DNA from: Vitrella brassicaformis CCMP3155
Taxonomy: Eukaryota; Protista; Chromerida
DNA length: 64,000 nucleotides
Reading direction: 5' to 3'
Assembly: GCA_001179505.1 (NCBI GenBank)
Contig: CDMY01000908.1
Span: forward strand, 1-64,000
Under the pieces are notes generated by a model that searched no databases, was not told the origin of the DNA, and saw only the letters and a list, made by a program, of their open reading frames with translations. Shown here in pieces: positions 1-12,599 of the stretch. Position numbers and translations under genes: made by a program. Numbering within the stretch: the first letter of the stretch is position 1; each line of letters opens with the position of its first letter.

Positions 1-582
1 GGGCATGGCCAGCCCGCCAAGCAAGACACGCACGAGAGCTGCCAACGCTCACCGAAGATGCACGAAATAGAAAGACATGTCTGCAAGCTAAGCACAAACC
101 CTGCTATCAAAACCCAACACAAGGCACGTGGCGATGAGTTGCGAGTGTGCACCTCCACGTTTGCTGACCTGATGTGGCGCACGAATTGCATTGCTCGACG
201 GAGTCCATCACTCAAATCCTCACGGAGCGGCCTGCTGCTGAAGGTCCTCGACTCGCCGAGCAGCCTGCTTGCTCCAAGCTCTTGGAGGTTCCGCTGCATG
301 CAGGAAACTCGCTGCATCTTTCCCTTTATTGCTTGGGCAATGTTGGCATCCCTTGCCGCCGAGGTGACATTGGGCTGCGAAATCCGATGCCATTGGATGC
401 TGTGCGATACAGCCTGAGAGGTGAACAGCAGGCAGCAGAGAAAGAACAACGCAGCACACACCGAAACCATTGCAAACTGAGGAAGCTCTCAATTCCTTTC
501 GAGAGACTGGGGGCATTTGCGGGCTACGGGAAGAGGCGTAGGAAAGACCCTTCTCAACCACCGAGGCACTTGCCGTGGCGAC

Positions 583-3086
583 ATGGGCACCGCCCTTGGG
601 TGCATGTGCGGCTATGCCCCTGACATCCGAGACCACTACAACATCGGCACCAAGCTGGGCACAGGAGCGTTTGGACAGGTCGGCCCTCCCTGCCAAGAGA
701 TGGCATGCGTGTTGAAGCGGGCTCCCTCTAGTCTGACACGGTTTGTCACTTGTTCCTTATGCAGGTCCGTCTGTGCACGCACAAGGAGAGCGGTGAAGAC
801 AGGGCGGTGAAGCTGATTGTCAAGGATGAGGTGGGCGTGACCATTCAAGAGCTGATGGAGGAGATCGAGATCCTCAAGATTGTGGATCACCCGAATGTCA
901 TCAGATTCTATGAGGTTTTCGAGGTCAGTCAGCCAGCCAGTCCATACCTCTCTCCAGTGTCTTGTCGGGGCAACATTTGTTGGTGTCTGATTTCTGTCCG
1001 CCAGGATCGCAACTTCATCTATGCTGTGATGGAGGCCTGCACGGGCGGCGAGCTCTTCACCAGACTCGAGAAAAGGAAATTCTTCACCGAAGCCCTGTAA
1101 GCATCTTGCTGCCCCGGCCCCCTCAGCATATCGCCCGTTGCCTGTCTGAATGTGTGCAGTGCGGCCAAGCTCATGCGGCAGATGGCGCTCGCGTGTCAGC
1201 ATCTTCACTCCAGGCAAGTCGTGCATCGGGACCTGAAGCCCGAAAACTTCCTGGTAAGCAACAGGCGACCAGAGCACACGAGAGGCAGAGCACACGAGAG
1301 GAGAGGGAACAGCGCCCTCACATGCATGCCTTCAGTTTGCTGATGATTCTGAGGACGCCACGCTGAAGCTGATTGACTTTGGGCTATCGAAGAGGGTGGG
1401 CACACACGCGCAGACAGAGGCACTGAGACACGAAGGGGTGTTTTGCCAGGTGAAGAATGACAGGCCCCTGACAGATTGCTGCGGCACGATCCATTACCTC
1501 GCGCCTGAGTGCATCAAGTGAGTATGTACGTACGGTCAGGGCACGTGTGGGCATCCTGATGGTCTGTCTCTGCTGCTGTACGTGTATCAGGGGCAAGTCC
1601 AAGTATTGGGGAGACATGTGGGCTCTTGGTAAGGAGGAAAGAGACACAGGCACGCGTGTAGTGCACCCATACACATACACACACAATTGATTCGTGCGTC
1701 TCGGTGTCTTGTTTGCAGGTGTGATATTGTATATGATGCTGTACGGAAAGCTGCCATTCAAGGGGCCCAATGACCAGGCCATCATGGTTGGTACATACAT
1801 ACACGTCAAGTGCGCGTATCTAATCCATCGATATGACTGACACCCACTGAAAGCGTCGACTGTCTCTTGTCCCTTCCTCTCTCTCCTCTTTGTGTGCAGA
1901 AGAACATTCTGTTGAAGCAGCCCGAAATTCCAGCCAAGTCAGGCGAAAGGCCCATCTCGAAAGAAGCTCAGGACCTGCTGAAGAAGCTGCTCAGGAAGGA
2001 CCCTCACAAGCGCCTCACCGCCGAGCAGTGTACAAACAATAGCCACATCGACACAAAACCACAGCCCATCCTCGCCTTCTCGTGCTGAGAGGTGTATGTG
2101 TGTGTGTGTTGCTGCGAAGGTTTGGATCACCCGTGGCTGCAGGAGCCAGAGGACGAAGCCCGCAAATCGCAAAGAGGTCAATCAGATGCAGGAAAGCTTA
2201 ATGCCTCCATCACCCTCCTCTTCTGGTCTTGCATTCCAGCTTTGGGCTTCGACCCTGAAATCATCTCGAGGGCACGGTACGGCAATTCACAAACAATGGG
2301 GCATGCTTGGTAGCGTTGTGTCTTCTTGCAGGGCGTCTGTGTTGGATACACGGAAGAAGCCGCCAGATAAGGTGATCGATGGGCTCGAGCCATGGATAGC
2401 AATGGATGAGGGACCACAAGTACTTAGCTGGCTGCCTGTGTCTGTATGTCAGACTGAGAAGCGCCGCGAGACGTTGCTGCAGATCGAAGACCAGAGCTAC
2501 CAACACGTACGGACCGCACACACAAGAAAATACGCACCTCGGCACACCTCGGAGCCATTCGTTGTTCCCCATATGTGTGTGAGTGCAGTATGTGGACAAG
2601 CGGAAGAGTACCATCAGAACACCAGGGCCGGTAAGCTGAGATGCGTGGCGTTGCTGAGACGCGACAAGACACGTCATGTCTCTTCCGTCTCTCGTTTTCT
2701 TTAGCAGAGGAGAAAAACGGCCGTGCGGCCAACGGTGGCTGACAAGGGCCTCAAATCTGAGCTGCGTGAGCTCACCGAGGCGCAGAAACAGGCACTGGCG
2801 GCCAAAAAGAAGGTGAGACAGTCGATCGAGAGAGACATGTGCACACTCCGCACGCACGTCTCCTCCGGGTTTGTGTGTTTGTCTGTGTATACCAGCAAAC
2901 GTTGGGCGAGATCTCGTTGGCGTCTGATGTCAAGAATCTGGCCTTCACCGCGAACCTGGAGACAATCGAGTCAAGGGAAGGCACTCAGGTACGGACAGAC
3001 AGACAGACAGACAGTCGTGTGTTTGTGATCCAATGGACAGAACGTGTCGTACCTTCTGTTGTGTGCAGGATCTGGAGTTCGCTTGA
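583..3086 (+). CDS. CAMK/CDPK-like Ser/Thr protein kinase, N-terminal MG..C lipidation motif, no EF-hands (multi-exon)
   Basis: Spliced translation: MGTALGCMCG, GTGAFGQV (Gly loop), RAVKLI (VAIK), HPNVIRFYEVFE, HRDLKPENFL, LKLIDFGLSK, CGTIHYLAPE, DMWALGVILYMMLYGKLPF, RLTAEQ..HPWL. GT-AG introns keep frame to DLEFA-TGA at 3084-3086. Confidence 0.92.
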
Positions 3087-3352
3087 GCTGTATGGCTCTG
3101 AGTGAGGGTGGGGGTGGTGCGTGTGGGGTGCGTGGCCATGGGAGAGTTTGTGTGCGTCTGAGTATACTTACGGTCATTTGTTGTACAAAGTCAGTCGTTG
3201 AGTGTGCCGTTCGATGGAAACAGACAGATATGGGTGCCGCTGTCTGACAGAGCGAGTGCGCACAGCACTCGCGCACTCCGCAACATCCTGAAGAAACGAT
3301 CGGAATAACTTGAAGGCTCGCATGGAGTTGTTGAACTGTTGTTCCTCCCCTG

Positions 3353-6300
3353 ATGCCCCGCCTCTTCTTTCAGCGCTGCGTAGCCCTGCTCTTATCTCTC
3401 CTGCTCACTGCTGCTGCGTTCACCGACACTTTCACTGACGAAGCTCCACAAGTGGACTTGGAGCCCTCAGGAGTGAATGATGGTGCTGCCGACGACAACG
3501 GATGGGCCAGCGATGAGCACGTGCTGTGGCTGGATGAGTTTGATGCGTTGCTGGCGAGTAATTCGTCCCTGACGCTAGATGCGGCAGATGACGCCATCGA
3601 CGAAGGGGCACAGGAGGACCCCGCCGTGGCAGAGCTGACGTTCTTCCCCAACATTACAGATGACATCCTCATTCGCATAATAATGGGATCGGCAGACCCT
3701 GACTTTGCGGACCTTCATCAGCGGCTCATCGCTGCAACCGAGGCGCCAGTGAGGCACGTTGCAAGCGAGGCCTACGGCTACCTGGCCTTGCTCTACCTGT
3801 TCGGTGTGCCTGATGAGCGCGGGAATGTCGATTTCCCTCATGGCTGGCCGCGAGATGTGGACAAGGCTGTCGAGTGCATCATCAAGGGCAGCAGACTGTC
3901 CTGCGGCACCTGTTATATGCTGGCAGGTACGTGTGTGCGTCAGCAACAATGCCGGCGTGTATTTGTGCGACGAGGACACACGCCAATGGAGTGGATTTGT
4001 GTGCGCATTCAGGGTTTCTGTTTTCCATTGGGTACCCGCCGCTAGTGCGGTCATCTCACGGCTGGACGGTCGACCACGGCTCGGGCTATCAGAGTATCTA
4101 CATGATGTTCCAGGCGGTGGAGGTGGCGCCGCCCTACAGATCGCCACACACACGCGAGCTGCCCAAGGAGCGGCAAGGCTATGACCTCCCCACCATGGCG
4201 TATTCTCTGGCGCAACACGCGGGGGCCGTCATGGGCAGGCTGAGCTTGTCGTACTACTTCCGTCACGAGCTGGCACAGCAGGGCTACAAATACCGGCATC
4301 TCGCCAGATCTGCATCGACCAGCATGCACCGGCCGCCTATCAATCTGACAGCCACCATCCCACCGCACTTACTCCAAATGGATGGCGACTCCTTGGCGAT
4401 ACTCAATGCCACGACAGCCGCCGAGATTGGCGCGGCGGCGCATGCAGCGCTGCACTGCCAGGTGGCTCTTGAGGCCCTGCTCGGTGTGGCGTCTGACTCG
4501 CTCAATGAGGGCTCTGACCTGCCGGCCGCCGAGCTGATAACGAACAGGCTGGAATGGAAGCAGTCTCAGTCGCGCTGGAGGGAGGACTATGGCTCCGAGC
4601 AGCCGAGGTATGGCAGCCTCGAGTATGCGCAGCTCGTTGAGGATTTGGCGCTGCGTGAAGACCCTGACGGTCTCGCTGCCCTCGGCGAACTGGTAAGGTG
4701 ACAGGTAAACAGACTGGCACATGCAATGAGCCAATAATTCTGTCTGTCTCTTTGGCTTTCTGTCAGTATTATCACGGCCTCAGAGAAGGTGACTTTAGCG
4801 GGTGTGCCAAAACAATGCACCTATTACGCTGGCTGTGCTTCGTCGTCAGGTGGTATTCCGCGTGACATCCCACAGGCCATGGCCTACTGGCACCGTGCCA
4901 GTGTTCTCGGCCACTGTGGGGCTGCCATGGCTAGAGCGCTCGCACACATCGACGGTGCATATGGCTCGACGAACGACTCTTCCCCCTACCTTGCGCAGGT
5001 GGCGACTAAGTCTGACGACCAATCCCAGCGCCACATGGCGAAACACTACCTGAGCAAGTTCGGCATCGGCGGATCGGAGAGGAATCTGACCAGGGCGGGC
5101 TTACACCTGGAGGCGGCCGCAGCTCTCGGCGACAGCAGCGCTCAGCTGCTGATCGGCCACGCGTATGCGGGCGCCGATACGGACGTGTTGCCCGCAGACG
5201 GCCTCAATACGACGAGGGCGCTGCTGTGGTACGACAAGGCGTCTGCTGCCGGCCGTATAGTGGCGAAATATAACGCGGGAGTGTTGATTCTGCAAGGGGC
5301 GGATGTGCGGCATAGAACAGAGCTCCAGAGGTGCGAGGCCGCCTTTCCTCTCTTCTTCGAGGTGGCCATGAACCACGAAACGGTCAAGCTGCTCTTCGCC
5401 CACGCGAGGCGGGCCTACACTCTCGGCGACGTGTCGGGAGCTCTGTTGCGGGCCATGCTGCTCTCTGAGATAGGTCATCCACTGGCACACGAGAGCGCAG
5501 CCGAGCTGTGGCGACAATGGGCGCAGAAGCCGCCGTTGCACATGCAGATACGGCAGCAGGACCTCACCGTGCCCCACGAGGTGGAAGCCAACTCGACAGC
5601 AGCAGCCAATGTGACCAGTGACCCAGCCGGCGTGCGTCACTACCTTCACTGTTGGGCCCGGCCGGATGGCTATTACACTCGGCTGCGGTGGGAGGGCATC
5701 GCCGCCCATGACGCAGAAGGAGCCGACGACCAGAGCGCCGCTCAGCAGGTGTCACCCCAGGACCAGCAGCCGGAGGGTGATGCTGATGGCGATTATATTG
5801 CAGATGGCCGACAGCTGACGGCAGTCAGTCCCGAGACCGCCACGAGTGAGTCGCTGCGTCACCTGCCCCCCGATGCCGCCGTGTGCAGCTTTTACTTCGC
5901 GAAGCGGGCCGCTGTGGCCGGGAGTGTTGCAGCAATGCATCGAGTGGCCAGGGCATATAGGGAGGGCTCGTTGGGCGTCATTCAGGTGGGCACATGCAGT
6001 GCACCCGAGGGGGGAGGGAGGGAACAAACACTTGTATGTGGGATGACTGATGGGACCCTCTTCCTTTCATTCGTGTGTGGGTGTGTGTCAGAATTTGACC
6101 ACATCCTATGAGTGGACTTGTCTTGCTGCCGCGATGGGGGACAGTCGCGGCCGATATGAGAAGGCTGTCATGACCGAGAAGGGCATTGGACGGCCGTCAA
6201 ACACCACTGAAGCATACCAGGTAGGTGACACCCACGCAGAGGAGAACCCAGACACACGAGCCCTCACCTATCTATCCACAATTGCTGCCTGCATTCAGAT

Positions 6301-7363
6301 GTACGGTAGCCTCTTAAAGGAGGGGTCAGTCGCGCCAGTGGCGGGTGCGCTGGTCGCCCTCGCCGAGGCGTCCATCGGCTGGCTCAGCCGCCGTGTCGCT
6401 CTCAGCTGGCGGGCCCTCCATACCTACCACACACGACTCATCGACAGCCGCCTACCGGACGGCCGTGACAGCGAGCAGCAGCAGCCGAGCAAGGCGGTGT
6501 GGGTGCCGCTGCAGCAGGAGGGGCCGCTGGCTGTGCAGACGTATCAGCAGCATCCTGCGGAGCCAACGTCCTCGGAGAAGGGCAAGGCGGCTGATGTGGC
6601 TGTGAGTGACGGCCAAGCCAGCCGCCAGGAAGGCGCGGACACCGACACAGTGGGCCCGATACCCCTGTATGTCGCTTTGGGATATGAAGATTCGCCGGAA
6701 CGCTTCACACAGGTGCGCGCACCACGGACAGTGCAACAAACACATGTGTGTATGCTCCTCTCGCTGTGTTGATGGATTGCATTGGCTGGTTCGTGGCTGG
6801 ATATATGGGTGCAGCTCAACTCGACGCTCCGGCTGATGATGCTGTGGGCGGTTTCCTTTGCGATTGTCCTACTCTTCAGCTGTCGAGTGCATGTCGCAGA
6901 GGCCCAGAGGTACTACACACACACACACACACAGCCTGCCTGCGTGCCTGTCCATCCGTCCACCCCACCCCCATGCAGGCGCGCCCATCCACGTGTGGCT
7001 CACCGACCTGAGGCCTCGTATGCCCCCCAGCCACCGTCCATATCCTCATCGGCACACAGCGGCTCCGCCTCCCCCACCAGCACCCACGACGGCCCCTCCC
7101 CCACCAATGCCCCCACCCTCATTGACAACGACCCTGCCGTGCCGGAGCACCTGCACTCTCTCACCGAGAGGCGCCGGTGGACCGCACACGGCCAGGGCAA
7201 TGGGAGCGGTGAGGATGCCATGTCGTCGGCTGCATGCGAATCGCCGGCCAGCCGACAGAACGACCCTGAGATACGCGAGAGGGGCGAGAGGGGTGCTGGC
7301 GACACTCCCACCGATGCAGGGGCGGGCGGTGCGGGTCTGCTGGAGGGCAAGAAGATGTCTTGA
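3353..7363 (+). CDS. Sel1-like (SLR) repeat type I membrane protein, SEL1L/Hrd3-like
   Basis: Signal peptide MPRLFFQRCVALLLSLLLTAAAF. SLR motifs include AYGYLALLYLFG..RDVDKAVE, GIPRDIPQAMAYWHRASVLGH, ERNLTRAGLHLEAAAALGDSSAQLLIG, RALLWYDKASAAG and AYQMYG. C-terminal TM LMMLWAVSFAIVLLF precedes a Pro/Ser-rich tail ending TGA 7361-7363. Confidence 0.8.
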
Positions 7364-8047
7364 CGGACGGATGGGCGATAGAAAGATGAATCGGGAGGAC
7401 ATTCACACGTACAGACCAATCGACCGACCATCATTTTGTATGTGTTGGTTGTGTATCTATCGGCTGTCTGTGTGTATTCGGGAGGGCGGGGGTGGCGTGT
7501 ACATATGTGGGTGGGACGGCAAGCTGGCTATGCAGGACGCCAGATTGGGAACAGAGAGAGAGATTGGCTGAGAGAGAACGGGATGGATGGATGCCCTATT
7601 TGTCTGTGTCTGTCTGTCTGTCTGTCTGGATGGCTGGATGGCTGGATGGCTGAATGGCTGGGTCGCTTTTGTGTGTGTGTGTGTGTGTGTGTGATGAGAG
7701 GATGAATGTGGCGGGGTCATGTAGAAAGGCATTTCGTGTCCATGTGTATGTGTGTGTGTTGTTGTCTGTCTGTCTGTCTGTCTGTGTGCTATCTATAGCA
7801 ATCAACCAAGGAAGGGTACTGACCGACCCCATCCAGTACATATATAATTAATAAGAGGGACGGGCAGGCTGGATTGATCTGGGCATTCCTACACACATCA
7901 ATTCAACATGGCCGGCCATGTGATCTCTAAACAGTCACTCGCCAATCCGTCCGTAGGTCCAAAACGCCCAATGCAATCAGTCAGTCGACACAGCAGTCCA
8001 AAGAATCGTCTCAAGACAGTGAAGGCCCTAGCTAAGTATCGTCTCCC

Positions 8048-11000
8048 TTAGATTTCTCTAGTGTGTCCACACGATAAGCCCTGCAATGCAAAGACACACA
8101 GACCCCGCCACATACGTCTCTCTGACCCCCTCTCTCTCGCCCGCCTTAATTCGCTCGTACCTTTTCCATCAGCTGCGTGGGGCTGTGCAGGTCCATTCCC
8201 CCTCTCGATGCGCTCACAGGCGTCCTCAGCCGGGGGCTGGGCCCTGCACCGGCTGTCGGGGATTTGAGCACCTCCCCTGCAGCTGGCTGGCAGTGCGTGC
8301 CTTGAGCCTGTTGAAGATCGGTGACCTTGAGCACCGGCGTCTCCGCTAATCGTTTTCTTCTTCGCCAGCCGAGGCAGCTGCAGGCGATGAGTGCGCCGAG
8401 GATCAACCCAGCTGCGATGACAGCTGCGGATATGAGCCAGCCGGCATTGGCTGAAGACTCATCTCTGTCGGGCTGAGGTGCGCGCGAGACGGCTGGCGTA
8501 TTGATGGTGGGGACTGCATGGCAGGAAGGAACAGACAGGTGTGTCTCCATGGATTGCGCCATGCTCGCTGGCTGACCGCATGTCTGTGTGGTCTCATCAA
8601 ATGTGTATGGCGGATAGCAGCGGCAGGAGAATAATGTGTCGCCCAGCGCAACACATCTGCCGTCGCGGCATGGGTTCGCATAACACGGGCTGCCCTCCAA
8701 TGCTGCGCGCACACAACACACAAAAGCATCACAGAGAGACATCAATCGCATCCCTTCCTCTGCGTGTGCATGTCTGGGCTGATCTGCTTACGATCGCATC
8801 GTCTTGTGGTCGTGTTGAAGGCGTAGAACTCAGGACATTTGCATGTGTAGGAGCCGACGGTGTTCTCGCACGTAGCCCCCACCACGTAGGAACAGCCGTC
8901 CCAGCCGCGGGCACATTCGTCGATGTCTGCAGACACACCCACACCCACACCCACACAGATATGGAGAGCGTAGGCCTGCACGCAATGCCATATGGGTTAC
9001 CTCGGCAGAGCCCATCTCCGTTGTCTTGGTACCCTGGTGGGCAATCGCATCTCGTCCCATCAAGGCCAGCATTCACACACACACGCGGGGGCGGACACAC
9101 GACTGCCGCGCACCTACCCCTCTCTACACCACACCACAAACACACGAGCATCCACTCCCACAAAATGTTATACTGGTGCTTTTGTCAGGTTTCTCACCCC
9201 TGACGAGCCGAAAGGAGCCCACGGCAGCCTGGTAGCTCCTCCAGTGATACCGATAATCCCCAATCCCTTCGGCGCCATCGACCGGCGGCACAAAGCCACA
9301 CACCGTCACCGCACCGGAGCCCACCCCGTGTGCCTGCGGATCGATCGTCACGTTGCATGCGGCCATGGGCACCCCGTCGACAAGTCGCCTTCCAGGCCGA
9401 CAAGGGATCACATGGTCGACCAGCGGCTCTGTCGGCGCATCGCTGCCGCACCGCGCATTTGGGGTTGGATGGATCAGCAGCTGGAACATCGGCCTCGGGG
9501 CGACAGCAGAGAAGGAGAGGGAGCACATGCCGTTGGCAGGACAGGCCAGCCGATCGCCGCCCACAAAGCCGCTAGCCACACAAGGTAGCTTTCCGGCTCT
9601 GTCTGTCGTCATACACTGCTTTGGTCCAGCCACGGGTGTCGGACAGCAATCGGGGTCCTCGCAAAGGCCCACGGAACACTTTCCACATCGTTTTGGGCAG
9701 CACAGGGCTCCGCCCGCAGACGGCAGGCCGCCCATACTCTGCATACATGTCAGTGCTTGGTCAGAGGGCGGATCTGCAAGGAACCATCAAACATACAACT
9801 CGATACTTCCTGATGCCAAAAGGAGCGAGCTCCTTTGTTCACACCATCGAGACAGGGCGCCTGTCCTGACGCAAAACACTGTCGTGTCTCCCTTTCCGCA
9901 AAGATGAATTTCGGGCAGCAGTTGCGTACCCCTCCTGGCCGATCTTCGCATCCGCCCTGCTGACAGACGCCGCACTCCATCGGGCAGCACACAGCAGAGC
10001 CGCGGTCCGCTCCAGTCGACACAATCCCACCGGCCCAGAGACACGTGCCAAATGTAGTTCTGCTCTTGTCGATCATGCACGGGCTGCGGCCGACCTCATC
10101 GCACATGCGGCCGGTGGGAATGACGGAGGGACAACACTCTCTGTGTGTCCAGTGGCTCCTGCTCTCACAGTCAATCTCGCTGCACACGCCACACCGTGCA
10201 GGGCAGCACGCGGCCAAGCCATTGTTTGTGGCTGTCTGCTCAAGGATGCCGCCGGCGGACGCGCACGACATCACAGCCGTGTTCTTGCTCACTGAAGAGC
10301 ACAGCACATGCAGTCATTGCTTGTTTGGCCCTCGAATTGTCGCGTCTTACTTTTCTTTCTCCAGTCAGTGAGTGCGAGAGCCCCTCTGCCGTCGACGACG
10401 CCCCATCCTGCACGAAAGCTGTATTTGTCGTCCATTGGTGTGGCTTTCCGGGGGGAGACGGCTGTTAATCGAACGGCCAGGTAGAGGTCGCGTGGTGCCA
10501 GGGAAGGGTCTTGCTGCTTCATAAGGGCCATGAGGGCGCCAACGTGAGGAGCTGCCGCGCTGGTGCCCTAAAACCGGGGAGACAGGACAGATGTGCAAAG
10601 ACATGGATATGGCCGTGGGCGGCTTACAAAGAAGTTGGGATAGCCAGTGGCGTCTGTGTCCCCCCAGCCGCCGAAGAACGTGGTGTCCACTCCATCAGGA
10701 GCCACCACATCAGGGGTATAGACCAGCGCTGGTGGGTCCATCCGTCGGCCTTCGTTGTCAAAGTGGCTCGGAATTGGACCGCCAGACGAGGCACGATTCG
10801 GCGTATGTGTGCCATTGCTGACCCAGTCAGTCGTGAAGTACTGATAGTTCGACGCCCCCACGGAAAAGGCCTCCGGGATGTTGACGTGTCCGAAAGCTGT
10901 CGGTGACTGGGTGTCGTACGTGAGTGCGGTCTTGTCGACGCCATTGTTTCCTAAATCGATCCACTTCAGGATGACTGGGTCGGCTACAAGAGGTCCATTG

Positions 11001-12557
11001 ACGAGCTCGATCATGAGTAAGAAAGTCTTGTTGAGATAGTTGCTGTTTGTCCAGTAGAGGACCTCGACGGGATCGGCTCCGCGATTGTCCCATGTGGACT
11101 TGGCAAGGATGTCGCTCATGTTCTTAGTCGTCGCATAGCTCGGCAGAGCCAAATAGATGTCGAAATCGTGGAGCGGTCCAGGGGGGCCATACGTTGAGAA
11201 TTGAGGGGCAGTCCATTGGAAGACGAGATAAAGCCGCCCATCTGGCGCAATGGAGATGGTTTGGTACACATCAACATTTCCTGGAGAGTAATCAAAGTCG
11301 TGAAGGATGCCGAGGCCCGGTCCTTGGACCGCTGAGCTTCGAAATGGCGCTTCATACGAGTTGAGGCCCTCGTTGCCCGTAGCTGAGACATATGCGACGC
11401 CGTGCTCAAATGCACTCTTGACTGACCGAGACACGAGGCTCTGACGGCAGAAAGACACAGTTGTGTGTACGATGTCGTGCGACACGTGGTTTGCGATTGA
11501 CTGACCGACTTCGTGAAAGAAACTCTCATGGACGTGCACCACGTCATCCACAATGATATCGCATCCCACATCAACCAGCTGATCTATGGCGGCTGAGAAC
11601 TTGGCCAGGCCACCGAAGCCTGTCGCATAGTACAGCTGAGCACCCGGGGCAATGTCATGGACGATCTGCAAACGGACAAAATGGACATCTGTTGATGGAA
11701 AAGGGATGTCCCTGACTGACAGACAATCTACCTGTAGCACAGCCCTGCCTTCATCCCTCCCCAAGGAATAATCCGATACCACCTGAACCTGGGGAAGGTC
11801 TCCCGAGCTCCTGTCGTCAGCGCCGGTCGGCGGCAGCCCCTTCTGGTCGAAACTGTCCGCAATCACGCCAACCTTCACGCCACTTCCATCCACTCCATAT
11901 TTCTCACGAGTCGACCTCGTCACGTTTATGCTGCCAGAACCCTGAGTGATTGTCTTGCCTGCACGGGTGAATGACCTCGATAGCTCTACTCGATGGATGC
12001 CGGCCCCTGCACTGAGGCTCTCAATCGACGGGATGTCGCTCATGCTGAGCCAGCCTGAGCATACTCGGCCTCGACAGACGGCGTCCTTCAGACGGATGCT
12101 GCCGCAGCTGTCCTCAGGGTAGGGCTCGTGAAGGAAGCAGTCAACTACACAATAGCCTGCCTTGTCGACTCTGAATCAAGACAACAACGCATGCAAGAGC
12201 GTGCTGTGCAAGCGCATCCCCGCCCATTCGTTACCTCAGAGCGAACTCTCTGTCTTCTTCCGTCTCGCTGCCTGACGGCGCGACTGTCTCTGACGCTTGC
12301 AAGACCCGCCTGTACGCGCACCACTCATGGTAAAAGGCTCTCAGGGCCGAGTCCAAAATGACATTCTTGTCCATCTCACGAAGCCTCTGGCAATCGGCCT
12401 CCGCCATTTTGAAAGCGAAGCCACCTGCAAGAAAAGCAGAGTCTGACCATCATTGAATTCAGCAAGATGAGGTCCTACCGATGAGCCCCAAGGACAGAAG
12501 CAGCCGTGAACACCACACACAGCTCTTGAATCTCCTTTTTGTCACTCTCAGCCTCAT
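8048..12557 (-). CDS. Membrane-anchored subtilase (S8/S53-like, bacterial type) with three Cys-rich repeats, EGF/cbEGF domains, TM helix and cytosolic tail
   Basis: Leader MRLRVTKRRFKSCVWCSRLLLSLGLIG (ATG at 12557). Protease motifs: DGSGVKVGVIADSF (Asp), DEGRAVLQIVHDIAPGA, SATGNEG (oxyanion Asn) and FF|GTSAAAPHVG (Ser, across an intron near 10570-10620). Then CCP.C G.C..CC repeats, cbEGF DIDECARGWDGC..CENTVGSYTCKCPEFY, EGF CYANPCRDGRC..FSCRCYPPY, TM WLISAAVIAAGLILGALIACSCLGW and stop-transfer RRRKR. The last exon (stop at 8048) is less certain. Confidence 0.85.
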
Positions 12558-12599
12558 TTCGCGACCCCGGAGATAATTGGTGTCCATGCTATCAGAAGG

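Noticed and set aside
7-20. 14-mer ggccagcccgccaa shared with 57967-57980
   Set aside because: Several shared 14-mers are expected by chance in 64 kb of GC-rich DNA.
58-623. ORFs upstream of the kinase (58-417, 174-623, 220-696)
   Set aside because: No recognisable motifs. The kinase is well explained by ATG 583 with a lipidation motif.
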